Below, one piece after another: positions 8,681 through 17,892 of a DNA stretch of 64,000 bases (the stretch's first letter is position 1; each line of letters begins with the position of its first letter). The translations under genes were made by a program, and so were the position numbers. Under the pieces are notes generated by a model that saw only the letters and a program-made list of their open reading frames with translations, did no database searches and was not told where the DNA came from. Origin of the DNA: Candidatus Eiseniibacteriota bacterium (lineage in GTDB: Bacteria; Eisenbacteria; RBG-16-71-46; CAIMUX01); contig JAWKQE010000005.1 of assembly GCA_041390305.1 (NCBI GenBank), positions 144,380 through 208,379 of the forward strand, written 5' to 3'.

Positions 8681-11600
8681 ATGAGACGCTCCACTCCCGC
8701 CTTCGCCTCCAACTTCGCTTCTACGTTCGTGTCCCTCACCTTCGTCATCCTGCTCTGTGCCGGACTCGCCTCCCCACCGGACGTCCTCGGCTGGGGTGGA
8801 CCGAACGAAGGAGGGACCTTGATCCTCCACGCCGACACGGGGACGGTGTACACGGAGGACGGTGAGTACTGCGGCCTTTCCGGACTCGCCGACTGCGGCA
8901 GTGCCGAGGTCCGGGTCGAACAGGCCGAGCCGGTCGTCGCACACGTCCTCGCCGCTTTCTTCCCCGGCTCGGGCCCGCGCCTTTCCGGCCTCGTCTTCGG
9001 CATCGACTATCCGGCGAACATCGTTCTACTCGGCCACGGGGCGTGCGGCGATTTCGAACTCCCGCAGGACGACTGGCCCGCGTCTGGAAGTGGAACCGCT
9101 GTGACCTTCGCCGAGGCCCAGACCGACGATCTCGTCGAGGTCTACTGGTTCGCGGCCTACTCCGAGTACGCGCAACCGGGTCGCCTGGAACTGGGTGCCC
9201 ATCCGACCCAGGGTGGGCTGTTCGCCGACGACTCCATCCCAGGCTACCTCGATCCGATCGCCGGCTTCGGCGCGCTCGGCTTCTCCACCGACGGGACTCT
9301 CGTCTGCCCGGCCTCCCCCGGCGCCTGCTGCTTTGGCGACGGTAGCTGCGAACTCCTCCGTCAGGATCCATGCGAGGTTCTGGAACACGGCACCTGGTAC
9401 CCGGACGTCACGTGCGATCCGAACCCGTGCCCTCCACCTCAGTACGGTGCGTGCTGCTTCGAGAGCGGAAACTGTCAGTTCACACTCGAAGAAGCCTGCG
9501 GAACGGCGGGCGGAACATGGTTCGTGGACGTTCCCTGTGATCCCAACCCCTGTCCACGCCCACCCGAGGGTGCGTGCTGCTACGACAACGGTAGCTGCGT
9601 CGTCCGCACGGCCTACGAGTGCGAGGACACCTACGGCACGTACCAGGGCGACGAGACGTCGTGCGACCCGAACCAGTGTCCACAACCGGAAGGTGCGTGC
9701 TGCTTCCCGAGCGGAGAGTGTGAAGTCCTCACCCCGGACGAGTGTGACGGCGCCGGCGGCGGCTACCAGGGCAACGGCACGCTCTGCGAACCGAACCCGT
9801 GCACGGTAGAGACCGAAGGCGCGTGCTGCCTGACCCTCGGATCGTGCGAGTTCCTTCCGGAGTCGGTGTGCGGTACGGAAGGCGGCGCGTTCCTCGGCGT
9901 CGGAACTCTCTGTTCCCCGAATCCGTGTCCACAGCCGTGCGAACCGTTCGATCTGGCCGGACGCCCGAGCACCAGCCTTCCGCGACCAGGCGTCGATCCG
10001 TTCCGGACCGGCACCCGGCGTGACGATCAGATCGGTCCGAACGCAGGAGGCGTTCTCGTCCTCCATCTCGGCCCTGCCCTCGCCTACTCGGAGGACGGAT
10101 TCCGCACGGACTGTGACCTGGGCGGCGGCATCGATGGATGCGAGGACATCATCGCCCGCACAGACCAGGAGGAACCGGTCCTCGTCTACGCGGTCGCACT
10201 CTTCCCGACCACCTCGGCACCCCGCCTCCTCGGGCTCACGTTCGGGATCGACTTCCCCGACTGTGTGCAGCTCCTGGAATGGGAGTCGTGCGGAGACTTC
10301 GAGATCGCGGACGACGACTGGCCGTCGCCCGGGTCTGGAACCGCGATGACTTGGACGGCGCCACAGAGGGACTTCGCCGTTCCGGTCTACAGGTTCGTCG
10401 CGTCGGGACTCGCGGCGGAACCGGGTGAACTCGCACTCGCCCCTCATCCGACGCAGGGCGCGGTCTTCGCGGACGACAGCGTCCCCTCGATCCTCGACCC
10501 GATCGCCTCGCTCGGGAGCTTCGGCTTCTTCCGCGACGGAGTCGTCCCGTGTCCGCAACCGCAGGAAGCCATCGGCGCGTGCTGCTTCGACGACGGCACC
10601 TGCCGCATCCTCACCATCCCGGGATGCAGCGACGCGGGCGGGGATTTCTTCGGCGTCAATGTCGCGTGCACCCCCAACCCATGTCCGCAACCGCCCGAGG
10701 GTGCGTGCTGCCATGCGGACGGAGTCTGCAGAGTCCTGACGCTCAGCGACTGCACATCGAGCGGCGGTGGCTACCTCGGAAACGATACGACGTGCGATCC
10801 CAACCCCTGTCCACAACCGGGCGCGTGCTGCTTCCCGAGCGGCAACTGCTCGATCCTCCAGGAGTCCGACTGCGGCGTCCACGGCGGAACCTTCCAGGGC
10901 GACAACACGACCTGCTCCCCCAATCCCTGTCCGCAGCCGACCGGAGCCTGCTGCATCGGCGAGACGTGCGAAGTCCTGACCGCGGGCGACTGCTCGAGTT
11001 CGGGCGGCTCCTGGTTCGGTGCCGACTATCCATGCGACCCGAACCCATGCCTCGAAGGCGTCGGCGCGTGCTGCTTCTCCGACGGCTCCTGCCGCTACCT
11101 CAGCGAGTCCGAGTGCGCAGACGAAGGCGGAAGCTATCTGGCCGATCAGGTCCCGTGTGACCCGAACCCCTGTCCTACCGGTGGAGAGGGATGCCCGGGC
11201 TGGATGCCGTTCGAGACCCGGATGGAGCTCCGGAGGCAGGGAATCGAGGCACGGGCACACTCCGATGTGCCGTACGCCACGGAGACTGGACGCGCGTCCG
11301 GAAGGACGAGCGGGCTCGGGACGACGGGAAGCTGCGGAACGCTCTACTTCAACGCCGATGGCACCTACGAGAACGGGTACGCCTGGCAGTACGGCGGCGT
11401 CGAGCCTCCGATGTACGGCGCATTCTCGGAGTGGTACTCCGCGGCGAGTCTGAAGGTATGCGCGGTCGTACTCGACCTCACGACGACCGGCGAACCTGCG
11501 GCGACCATGGACCTCTACGTCTGGGGCAACGACCATGGCTATCCCGGCGTCGTCCTCGGACTCCGGACCGGTGTCGACCCGGGCGCGATCGCGTTCTGGC

Positions 11601-11902
11601 CATCGGTGAGTCGTCACTCCTTCGCGATCTACGCCGACTGCGCCGACGAACACTTCGTCGGATACTGGGGAAACTGGCCGGGCAGTTACCCCAGCTGGTA
11701 TGTCGGCGCCGACCTGGACGGCTTCGGCGGGTGTCCACTCACGAACATCGCGCCCGGAATCGGCTACCCGACCGGATGGCAGAACGTGTCGGTGGTCTGG
11801 GGGCCGACGCAGGCCATCGGCATCGGCGCGGAGTTCGAGGAGTGCGGCACGATCCCCGTACAGGAGTCGAGCTGGGGGAAGGTGAAAGCGCTCTTCCGCT
11901 AG
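8681..11902 (+). CDS. Giant secreted Cys-rich-repeat protein, paralog 3 (two 'A' modules, 10 Cys-rich repeats, C-terminal domain ending SSWGKVKALFR)
   Basis: Internal ATG 8681 with GGGAGG SD and the same GGTCATGAGACGC context. N-terminus MRRSTPAFASNFASTFVSLTFVILLCAGLASP. Architecture collinear with paralog 1 but with more repeats. Confidence 0.85.
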   Translation: MRRSTPAFASNFASTFVSLTFVILLCAGLASPPDVLGWGGPNEGGTLILHADTGTVYTEDGEYCGLSGLADCGSAEVRVEQAEPVVAHVLAAFFPGSGPRLSGLVFGIDYPANIVLLGHGACGDFELPQDDWPASGSGTAVTFAEAQTDDLVEVYWFAAYSEYAQPGRLELGAHPTQGGLFADDSIPGYLDPIAGFGALGFSTDGTLVCPASPGACCFGDGSCELLRQDPCEVLEHGTWYPDVTCDPNPCPPPQYGACCFESGNCQFTLEEACGTAGGTWFVDVPCDPNPCPRPPEGACCYDNGSCVVRTAYECEDTYGTYQGDETSCDPNQCPQPEGACCFPSGECEVLTPDECDGAGGGYQGNGTLCEPNPCTVETEGACCLTLGSCEFLPESVCGTEGGAFLGVGTLCSPNPCPQPCEPFDLAGRPSTSLPRPGVDPFRTGTRRDDQIGPNAGGVLVLHLGPALAYSEDGFRTDCDLGGGIDGCEDIIARTDQEEPVLVYAVALFPTTSAPRLLGLTFGIDFPDCVQLLEWESCGDFEIADDDWPSPGSGTAMTWTAPQRDFAVPVYRFVASGLAAEPGELALAPHPTQGAVFADDSVPSILDPIASLGSFGFFRDGVVPCPQPQEAIGACCFDDGTCRILTIPGCSDAGGDFFGVNVACTPNPCPQPPEGACCHADGVCRVLTLSDCTSSGGGYLGNDTTCDPNPCPQPGACCFPSGNCSILQESDCGVHGGTFQGDNTTCSPNPCPQPTGACCIGETCEVLTAGDCSSSGGSWFGADYPCDPNPCLEGVGACCFSDGSCRYLSESECADEGGSYLADQVPCDPNPCPTGGEGCPGWMPFETRMELRRQGIEARAHSDVPYATETGRASGRTSGLGTTGSCGTLYFNADGTYENGYAWQYGGVEPPMYGAFSEWYSAASLKVCAVVLDLTTTGEPAATMDLYVWGNDHGYPGVVLGLRTGVDPGAIAFWPSVSRHSFAIYADCADEHFVGYWGNWPGSYPSWYVGADLDGFGGCPLTNIAPGIGYPTGWQNVSVVWGPTQAIGIGAEFEECGTIPVQESSWGKVKALFR

Positions 11903-11978
11903 GGGCGCAGATCACGACTCATTGCCGAACGTCTCGCCGCGCACCTCCGGGCGGAGGATTGGTGGGACGTTCGGAATC

Positions 11979-12008
11979 TCTATGAACCCCGCCTCCGGAG
12001 TTCATAGA
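11979..12008 (+). terminator. Hairpin (9-bp stem TCTATGAAC/GTTCATAGA) downstream of paralog 3; possible terminator
   Basis: Inverted repeat read directly from the sequence. A second small hairpin CCTCCGggcGGAGG lies at 11944-11958. Only a weak T-tract follows. Confidence 0.3.
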
Positions 12009-12199
12009 AACTCTGAACTCGGGCCACACCGACGGTTGGAACCGCTTCGAAACCCTCGCGCCGTCCGAACCTGACGTAGGCAACGGGCCCTGGCGACTCT
12101 ACCTTCATGGAGCCAGTTGGGTCAGATTCGAAAGATGGACGGCGTCGACGGAGTGCAGCCCTCCGCCGACGCCGCGCTATCGAGATCGGGGGGGGAATC

Positions 12200-13706
12200 G
12201 ATGCGCGGTAGCCGCCGCTCGCTTCTGTTCGTGCTCTTTGCGACTCTGCTCGTCAGTTGCTCCGATGACGACCACCCGGTCACGCCGACCCCGACGGATC
12301 CCTACCCTGTTCCCGAAGGCGCCAACGTCGTCCTCCAGTGGAACTCCGCCGCCCTCCAGGCCATCCGCGACGCGAAGCCGGGGCCGCCCCAGGCGGCGCG
12401 ATCCCTCGCGGTCGTGCACACCGCGATCTACGACGCCTGGGCCGCGTTCGACGATGTCGCCGTCGGCACCCGGTATGTCGACGCCCTCCGTCGTCCGGCC
12501 GAGGAGCGCACGGAAGGGAGAAAGGCGGCCGCGATCAGCTACGCCGCGTTCCGCGCGCTCTCCGATCAGTTCCCTTCCGAGGCTCCCGAGTTCGAGGCTC
12601 TCCTCGAGACCCTCGGCTACGACCCGAACGAGAGGACGACGGACCGAACCCTCCCGGAGGGGATCGGGAACGTCGCGGCGGCGGCCGTGCTCGCCTTCCG
12701 GCACGGGGATGGCTCGAACCAACTCGGCACGCTCTCGAACGGCGTCCCGTACGGCGACTACACGAACTACGTAGCGAAGAACCCGCCGATCCGCGTGACC
12801 GAACCGTCCAGCCTGGACGACATGCCGTTTCCCGGCTCGTGGCAGCCGCTCATCTTCACGAACCAGGCAGGGCAGGAGGTGACTCCGGCCTTCATCGCCC
12901 CCCATTGGTGGAACGTCGTTCCGTTCGCGATGACGAGCCCGTCCCAGTTCCGCCCGGCACCGCCGTCTGCCGTCGACAGCGAGGTGTTCCGCCGCGAGGT
13001 GAACCAACTCATCGAGATGAGCGCGAACCTCACGGACGAGCAGAAGTGCATCGCGGAGTACTGGGCAGACGGCCCGAACTCCGAACTCCCCCCGGGACAC
13101 TTCGATCTCTTCGGCCAGTTCGTCTCGCAGCGCGACGCACACACCCTCGACGACGATGCGAAGATGTTCTTCGCCCTCACCAACGCCGTCTTCGACGCGG
13201 GAATCGCGGCGTGGGATGCCAAGCGGTACTACGACTACTGTCGGCCGGTGAGCGCGATCCGGCACATGTACCACGGGCAGACGATCCGGGCCTGGGCCGG
13301 CGCCGGACTCGGCACGCAGGACATCTCCGGCGAGACGTGGAAGCCCTACCAGCCGGACTACTTCCCCACGCCACCGTTCCCCGAGTACGTCTCCGGCCAC
13401 AGCACGTTCAGCGCGGCCGCCGCGGAGGTGCTCCGGTCCTTCACGGGAAGTGACCAGCTGGGATTCCAGGCCCACTTCCCCGCCGGATCCCTTCGCGCCG
13501 AGCCGGGAGTCGCGCCGTCGGTCGACGTCACGCTCGATCTCGCTACGTTCACGGACGCTGCGGACCAGGCCGGCATTTCGCGCAGGTACGGCGGCATCCA
13601 CTTCGAAGAGGGCGACCTCCGGGCGAGAGCGATGGGTCGCAACTGCGGCGTGGTCGCCTGGCAGAAGGCGCAGTCGTACTTCGACGGCTCCGCCACTCGG
13701 CCCTGA
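12200..13706 (+). CDS. Vanadium-dependent haloperoxidase / PAP2-superfamily acid phosphatase-like lipoprotein
   Basis: Lipoprotein signal MRGSRRSLLFVLFATLLVSC. PAP2 / V-haloperoxidase active-site motifs K..RYYDYCRPVSAIR, SGHSTFS and SRRYGGIHFEED. Confidence 0.7.
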
Positions 13707-13820
13707 GCACCTGCCCCGAGCTCGCGTGAAGCCCAGAGCCGCGGCACCCACTCGCCGCAGGCTCCGGGCGCCCGGGCAAGCCACTCCCCTGGGGACCGTG
13801 GCTTGCCCGGCGGGGCCTCC

Positions 13821-14984
13821 TCAGCGCAGCCGGACCACTCGGGAATCGGCGCTTCCGTCCGCGGTCGCGACACGAACGTAGTACACGCCGTCCGCAACGC
13901 TCCTCCCCATAGCGTCCGCGCCGTCCCACTCGAGGACGACATCGCCCGTCGCAGAACTCCCGGAGAGCGTACGGAGCAGACGCCCGGCGGCGTCACAGAT
14001 CGAGACGACCGCACTCCCCGTCACGGACGAGAGCTCGACCCGCGTCTTCTCGCGAAACGGGTTCGGCACGAGCGAGACTCGACCGGACCAGGGCTGGGCC
14101 GCTCCCTCCTTCACGTCCGCGGGATCGCCCAGGAGAACGCGACGCACGAGATTCTGCGACTGGAACCAGAGCGTCCTTCCGTCCTTCGAGAGTGCGAGGC
14201 CGTTCGGAGAGTCGATGAGTGCGGACTCAGCGGGCCCGTCCGTCGTTCCGGGCACACCGGTTCCCGCCAACGTGGTGTAGGTGCCGTCGACGGTCGAGAC
14301 GCGATAGATCTGGTGCGTGTCGAGCCCGGCCACGTAGAGGAAGCCGCTCCGGTAGTCGATGTACCCGGTCTTCGTTCCCGGGAGAGTCACGAGCACGGAT
14401 TCGTTCCCCGCAGGATCCACCTTCGTGATCGTGGGCGTGAGGAAGCTCGCGACGTAGACGTTCCCCGCCTCGTCCAGAGCGATCCCGTCGGGCGCTACGA
14501 TCGTCGATCCGTCCGCCACGACCGTTCGGTCACCGGAGACGGTATCGATCCGGATGAGCTGTCCCAGGTTGTAGCTCGCGGCGTAGAGCGTCTGCTCGTC
14601 CGGCGTGAACACGAGTCCGGTCGGCGTCACGATTCCGGTCGCGAACACCGAGATCGTGCCGTCGGCCGCGATGCGGTGGATGTGGTTCGCATTGAAGCAG
14701 GAGACGTAGTAGTCGCCGTTCGCGGCCACCGCTCCCCCGAGCGGAAACTGGAAGCCCGATCCGATCTCGGTGAGCGTCCCGTCGAGGTCGAGACGAAAGA
14801 CCAGATCTCCGGCCGGGTGACTCGGAAGGAACAGATTCTCGTTCGGCCCTACGGAGATGTCCTCGAACCGTGCGGGCATCTCGGCGAACGTCTCGACGGT
14901 GGCCGCACGGGTTGGAGTGGAAGTGAAGAGCGAGGCCAGCCCGAGAACCGGGACAAGGCGCACGGCACGACGACCGACATGCAT
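13821..14984 (-). CDS. NHL/SMP-30-like beta-propeller protein with FlgD-like/T9SS-type C-terminal sorting domain
   Basis: Internal ATG 14984 with GGAGG SD. Signal peptide MHVGRRAVRLVPVLGLASLFTSTPTRA. Repeated YV(A/S) propeller blades. C-terminal ...GVYYVRVATADGSADSRVVRLR. Confidence 0.65.
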   Translation of the reverse strand: MHVGRRAVRLVPVLGLASLFTSTPTRAATVETFAEMPARFEDISVGPNENLFLPSHPAGDLVFRLDLDGTLTEIGSGFQFPLGGAVAANGDYYVSCFNANHIHRIAADGTISVFATGIVTPTGLVFTPDEQTLYAASYNLGQLIRIDTVSGDRTVVADGSTIVAPDGIALDEAGNVYVASFLTPTITKVDPAGNESVLVTLPGTKTGYIDYRSGFLYVAGLDTHQIYRVSTVDGTYTTLAGTGVPGTTDGPAESALIDSPNGLALSKDGRTLWFQSQNLVRRVLLGDPADVKEGAAQPWSGRVSLVPNPFREKTRVELSSVTGSAVVSICDAAGRLLRTLSGSSATGDVVLEWDGADAMGRSVADGVYYVRVATADGSADSRVVRLR

Positions 14985-15101
14985 GGTTCGACCTCCGATC
15001 ACCCGGATCGAACCCTGAGCCCCGACGCCCCGCGTGAGGTGCGTCGTGCGCGTGAGTCTCTCCGGCGACCCAATGGGTGGGTCCACCCCGGCAGGACCAC
15101 G

Positions 15102-16280
15102 CTAGCGGGGCGGGCGGCGCACCGGCTTTGGAGATCGTTCGAATTCGGCGGCGCACGCCCGCGTCAGGGCACTGAGCAGCCGGACGGAGTCGTCATCGAC
15201 GGCGCGCTGGGAAACGCGCGACGGAGGCTCGTCGAACCACTCGCGGAAGGACGCGCTGAAGTGGCTACCATCCGAGAAACCGAGCCCGAGGGCAAGGTCG
15301 GTAAGGCTTCCTCGGTACTCGGGAAGCCGGTCGTAGGCCGTCCGCAGGCGGAGCTCCCGTACGAACTCGTGGACCGTCTGCCCCGTCATCCGGCGAAAGA
15401 CTACACAGAAGTGGGCCGGAGCCACGCCGACGGCGCGGGCGATCTCGGCGAGCCGGAGCGGCCGCGAGAGGTGCGCCCCGATGTACTCCTTCGCCTCCTC
15501 CACGACCTCCCGATGATACCGCGTCGTCGAGGCCTTGCTCGGCCGCGTCGTCGAGGCCTTGCTCGGCCGCGTCGTCGAGGCCTTGCTCGGCCGCGTCGTC
15601 GAGGCCTTGCTCGGCCTCGTCGTGTGGAGGCCTTGATACGCCGTCGCGAGCAGGTGACGGAGCAGCAGGACACCGGTCTCTTCTACGACGAGCGGGTCGG
15701 GCTCGTCGGCCGAGGCCGCATAGTCGAGGAGGAGGCGATGGATCCGGAACGCCGGTGTGTCGAGCGCAATGCCGACGGCGGGAAACGGAGCCGCCTCACG
15801 GTCCGACGCTGCCGGATCCCAAGCCGACGCTACCTCTCTCACGAGCGTCGGATCGAAGGCGAGGAAGTCGTTGGCCAGGTCCGCGCGGTACCGAGGATCC
15901 CGACGGAAGGGCGTGCCCGGATTGATCAGCAGTGCCCCCGCGACCGAGGCGAAGAGCCGCTCTCCCGGCTCGAGGAGGTCGATGACGTACGAACGCCGGG
16001 GGAAGGAGAGCGTGGCCCAGGACGCCGTGCGCGCATCGCTGCCCCAGAGCGGAGACCAGTGCGCCGTCTCGACGACGCCCAGGCGCACCAGTGGAGTCGT
16101 GCACAGTGTTTCTTGGACGACGCCGTCGCAGCCGGGGGGAAGGGCTTCGGTCCAGGCTGAGGTGTCGGCGTGCGCGCTGGTACGGGGGAGATCATATGTC
16201 TGCCCGTAGCCTTTGACGCGAGTGCCAGCGCGAGGTCGGCGACGCGCGGGACGTGCGGGATTCGGAGCGCCATCAGGCAC
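15102..16280 (-). CDS. AraC-family transcriptional regulator containing an in-frame (TTRPSKAS)x4 tandem repeat; start uncertain
   Basis: C-terminal HTH_AraC (LAEIARAVGVAPAHFCVVFRRMTGQTVHEFVRELRLRTAYDRL...FSDGSHFSASFREWF). A 24-bp DNA repeat x4 at 15523-15618 encodes the linker. Confidence 0.7.
   Translation of the reverse strand: MPDGAPNPARPARRRPRAGTRVKGYGQTYDLPRTSAHADTSAWTEALPPGCDGVVQETLCTTPLVRLGVVETAHWSPLWGSDARTASWATLSFPRRSYVIDLLEPGERLFASVAGALLINPGTPFRRDPRYRADLANDFLAFDPTLVREVASAWDPAASDREAAPFPAVGIALDTPAFRIHRLLLDYAASADEPDPLVVEETGVLLLRHLLATAYQGLHTTRPSKASTTRPSKASTTRPSKASTTRPSKASTTRYHREVVEEAKEYIGAHLSRPLRLAEIARAVGVAPAHFCVVFRRMTGQTVHEFVRELRLRTAYDRLPEYRGSLTDLALGLGFSDGSHFSASFREWFDEPPSRVSQRAVDDDSVRLLSALTRACAAEFERSPKPVRRPPR
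15523..15642. repeat. 24-bp direct tandem repeat x4 (+ degenerate 5th) GTCGTCGAGGCCTTGCTCGGCCGC inside the AraC regulator CDS
   Basis: Seen directly in the sequence. Units 1-3 are perfect, unit 4 has one mismatch. In frame, encoding TTRPSKAS repeats. Confidence 0.95.
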
Positions 16281-16330
16281 GGATCGGTATCTCCTCGATG
16301 AACCCCGGCAGGGAGTCCATCATACCGCAT

Positions 16331-16360
16331 CCGAGTCCGAGTCCGAGTCCGAGTCCGAGT
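16331..16360. repeat. (CCGAGT)5 hexanucleotide microsatellite in the AraC promoter / lipoprotein 3' intergenic region
   Basis: Seen directly in the sequence. Confidence 0.95.
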
Positions 16361-16412
16361 CCGGACCAGCGGCACCTGTCCCTGGTTCGCACGAACAGGA
16401 ACTCTGCCACTC

Positions 16413-17036
16413 CTACTGAGCGCTGAGCTGGCATCGACCCGTCGCGTCCCTGCGGAAGTCGACCGACCAGATGTGGCGCCCGGGAGCGACCGGCACGTCG
16501 TCCAAACCCAGGTCGCAACCGGCACCCCAGGACCATCCGGTCACGAAGAGCTGGAGGACGTTCGGCACGTCGGTCGCAACTTCGATCTCGTAGGTACCGT
16601 TGATGGGCGTCTCGATGGAGACGGCCATGAACTGGTCGTAGTCGAAGTTCCTGGGACCACCGAACTCCTGCCCGTAGCTGCGCGCAGTGTTGGGAATCTC
16701 GTGGACGGCATCGGTATCGAGACGGCCAAACGGGTCGCTGACCTCGACCGTCGTCATGCTCTTCGAGGCAGACACCTGGAAGACGAGCCGGTCGCCCTCC
16801 GTGGGCTGGGCTTCGTCAGCCGGCCCTTCGTCTCCCGGCCTCGTGAGGTCCATGGTGGAAAGCGCCCGGTCCGGAACCGGAAACGTCGCGTCCGAAGTGC
16901 GAGGCATGTCGTCCGAAATGGGAGGCATCCAGTCGGGGATGGAGGGTACCGACTCCGACGAGGAGTGCGAGGAGGTCGCACATCCCCAGAACGGGGCGGA
17001 AACGGTCAGGACGAGAACGATGCCTCGCATCCCCAT
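16413..17036 (-). CDS. Hypothetical lipoprotein
   Basis: Internal ATG 17036 (MGMRGIVLVLTVSAPFWGC lipobox). Upstream portion of the track ORF runs through a degenerate repeat array and is R-rich. Confidence 0.5.
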   Translation of the reverse strand: MGMRGIVLVLTVSAPFWGCATSSHSSSESVPSIPDWMPPISDDMPRTSDATFPVPDRALSTMDLTRPGDEGPADEAQPTEGDRLVFQVSASKSMTTVEVSDPFGRLDTDAVHEIPNTARSYGQEFGGPRNFDYDQFMAVSIETPINGTYEIEVATDVPNVLQLFVTGWSWGAGCDLGLDDVPVAPGRHIWSVDFRRDATGRCQLSAQ

Positions 17037-17189
17037 GACTGCGGCAGCCTCCCAACCTGCGGCGGAGAACTCGTACGTACGGCACTGCGGACGCCGCGCC
17101 TCGAAACGCGAGTGTACCTGCCTGTTCGCAATCCGGCGAGAGGCGCGGTCACGTCGCGGCCAACGCTCCCGATGTGCGCAAGGGCGGTG

Positions 17190-17590
17190 TCCGAGGTGCG
17201 CCACGCGGGGGGAAATCCAGCAAACGTCGTGTCCCAAGTGCGCCATGCGGCGGGACGTCCGGCGCGCACCATATCCCAGGTGCGCCATGCCGCGGGACGT
17301 CCGGCGCGCACTACATCCCAAGTGCGTAGAACGTCCCGACAATCTGCGCGCGCCGTATCCCGACCGCGCGCGGCCTCCCGCGCTCGAGCGTGCTCCGTAT
17401 CCCAAGGACGACATGCCTCCCGTACTTTCGCGCGCGGCGGATCCGACGTGCGCGAAGCGGCGGGAAACTCCGCGGGAACAAGGTCCCACCTGCGACTTGC
17501 GGCGGGAAACCCGGCGCGCCGATTGGACCACCCGGGATGTGCGGCGGGACAGCTCTCCGGTCGCTCAGCGCACCTTGGACATGGGGAGGG
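17190..17590. repeat. Array of about 9-10 degenerate 42-43 bp direct tandem repeats (core GTCCCARGTGCGCCATGCSGCGGGACGTCCGGCGCGCAC)
   Basis: Units recognisable at about 17195, 17232, 17275, 17318, 17361, 17402, 17445, 17488 and 17530. No unique spacers, so not a CRISPR array. Adjacent, progressively decaying copies. Confidence 0.8.
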
Positions 17591-17892
17591 TAGACTCGGC
17601 GCGCGGCATGTCGCGAGTGGGACACGCATTCTGCTTCTCGTCGCGCACCTTGGCACGATCGGGACCCCGGCGCCACCGGTCCGCGCGCCACTCGGACCCC
17701 CGCCCCACAAGTGGCACTCCGACCGCTCGGACCAGATCGGAAAGAAAACACAAACGCGCATGTATCCGACAGCGTCGCGCACGCCCATTGAGTCAGCCCT
17801 CTCCCTCTTGTGAATGGACGCGAGTCTCGATCGAACGATGGAGACAAAGGGTCGCCTCTACTTCGTGCTGGACGGACAAACAGAACCAGAGA

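Noticed and set aside
13803-16160. 785-aa plus-strand ORF spanning the NHL-propeller and AraC genes.
   Set aside because: Antisense to two supported genes, extremely Arg-rich, and it even translates the 24-bp VNTR as (GLARPRRR)n. An artefact of GC bias.
16213-16419. Small ORF encoding SESESESE across the (CCGAGT)5 repeat.
   Set aside because: Its coding potential derives only from the microsatellite. There is no RBS, and it lies in the intergenic region.
17190-17590. Considered whether the 42-bp repeat array is a CRISPR array.
   Set aside because: Units are directly adjacent and degenerate, with no interspersed unique spacers and no cas genes nearby.
16687-17892. Upstream 400 aa of the 589-aa ORF 16687..18456 (repeat-encoded P.CAMRRDVRRA.Y periodicity) as part of one large protein with the Cys-rich lipoprotein.
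   Set aside because: The first part overlaps the supported minus-strand lipoprotein gene. A lipoprotein signal peptide in the middle of the ORF argues for a separate downstream gene. The open frame is likely due to GC bias.
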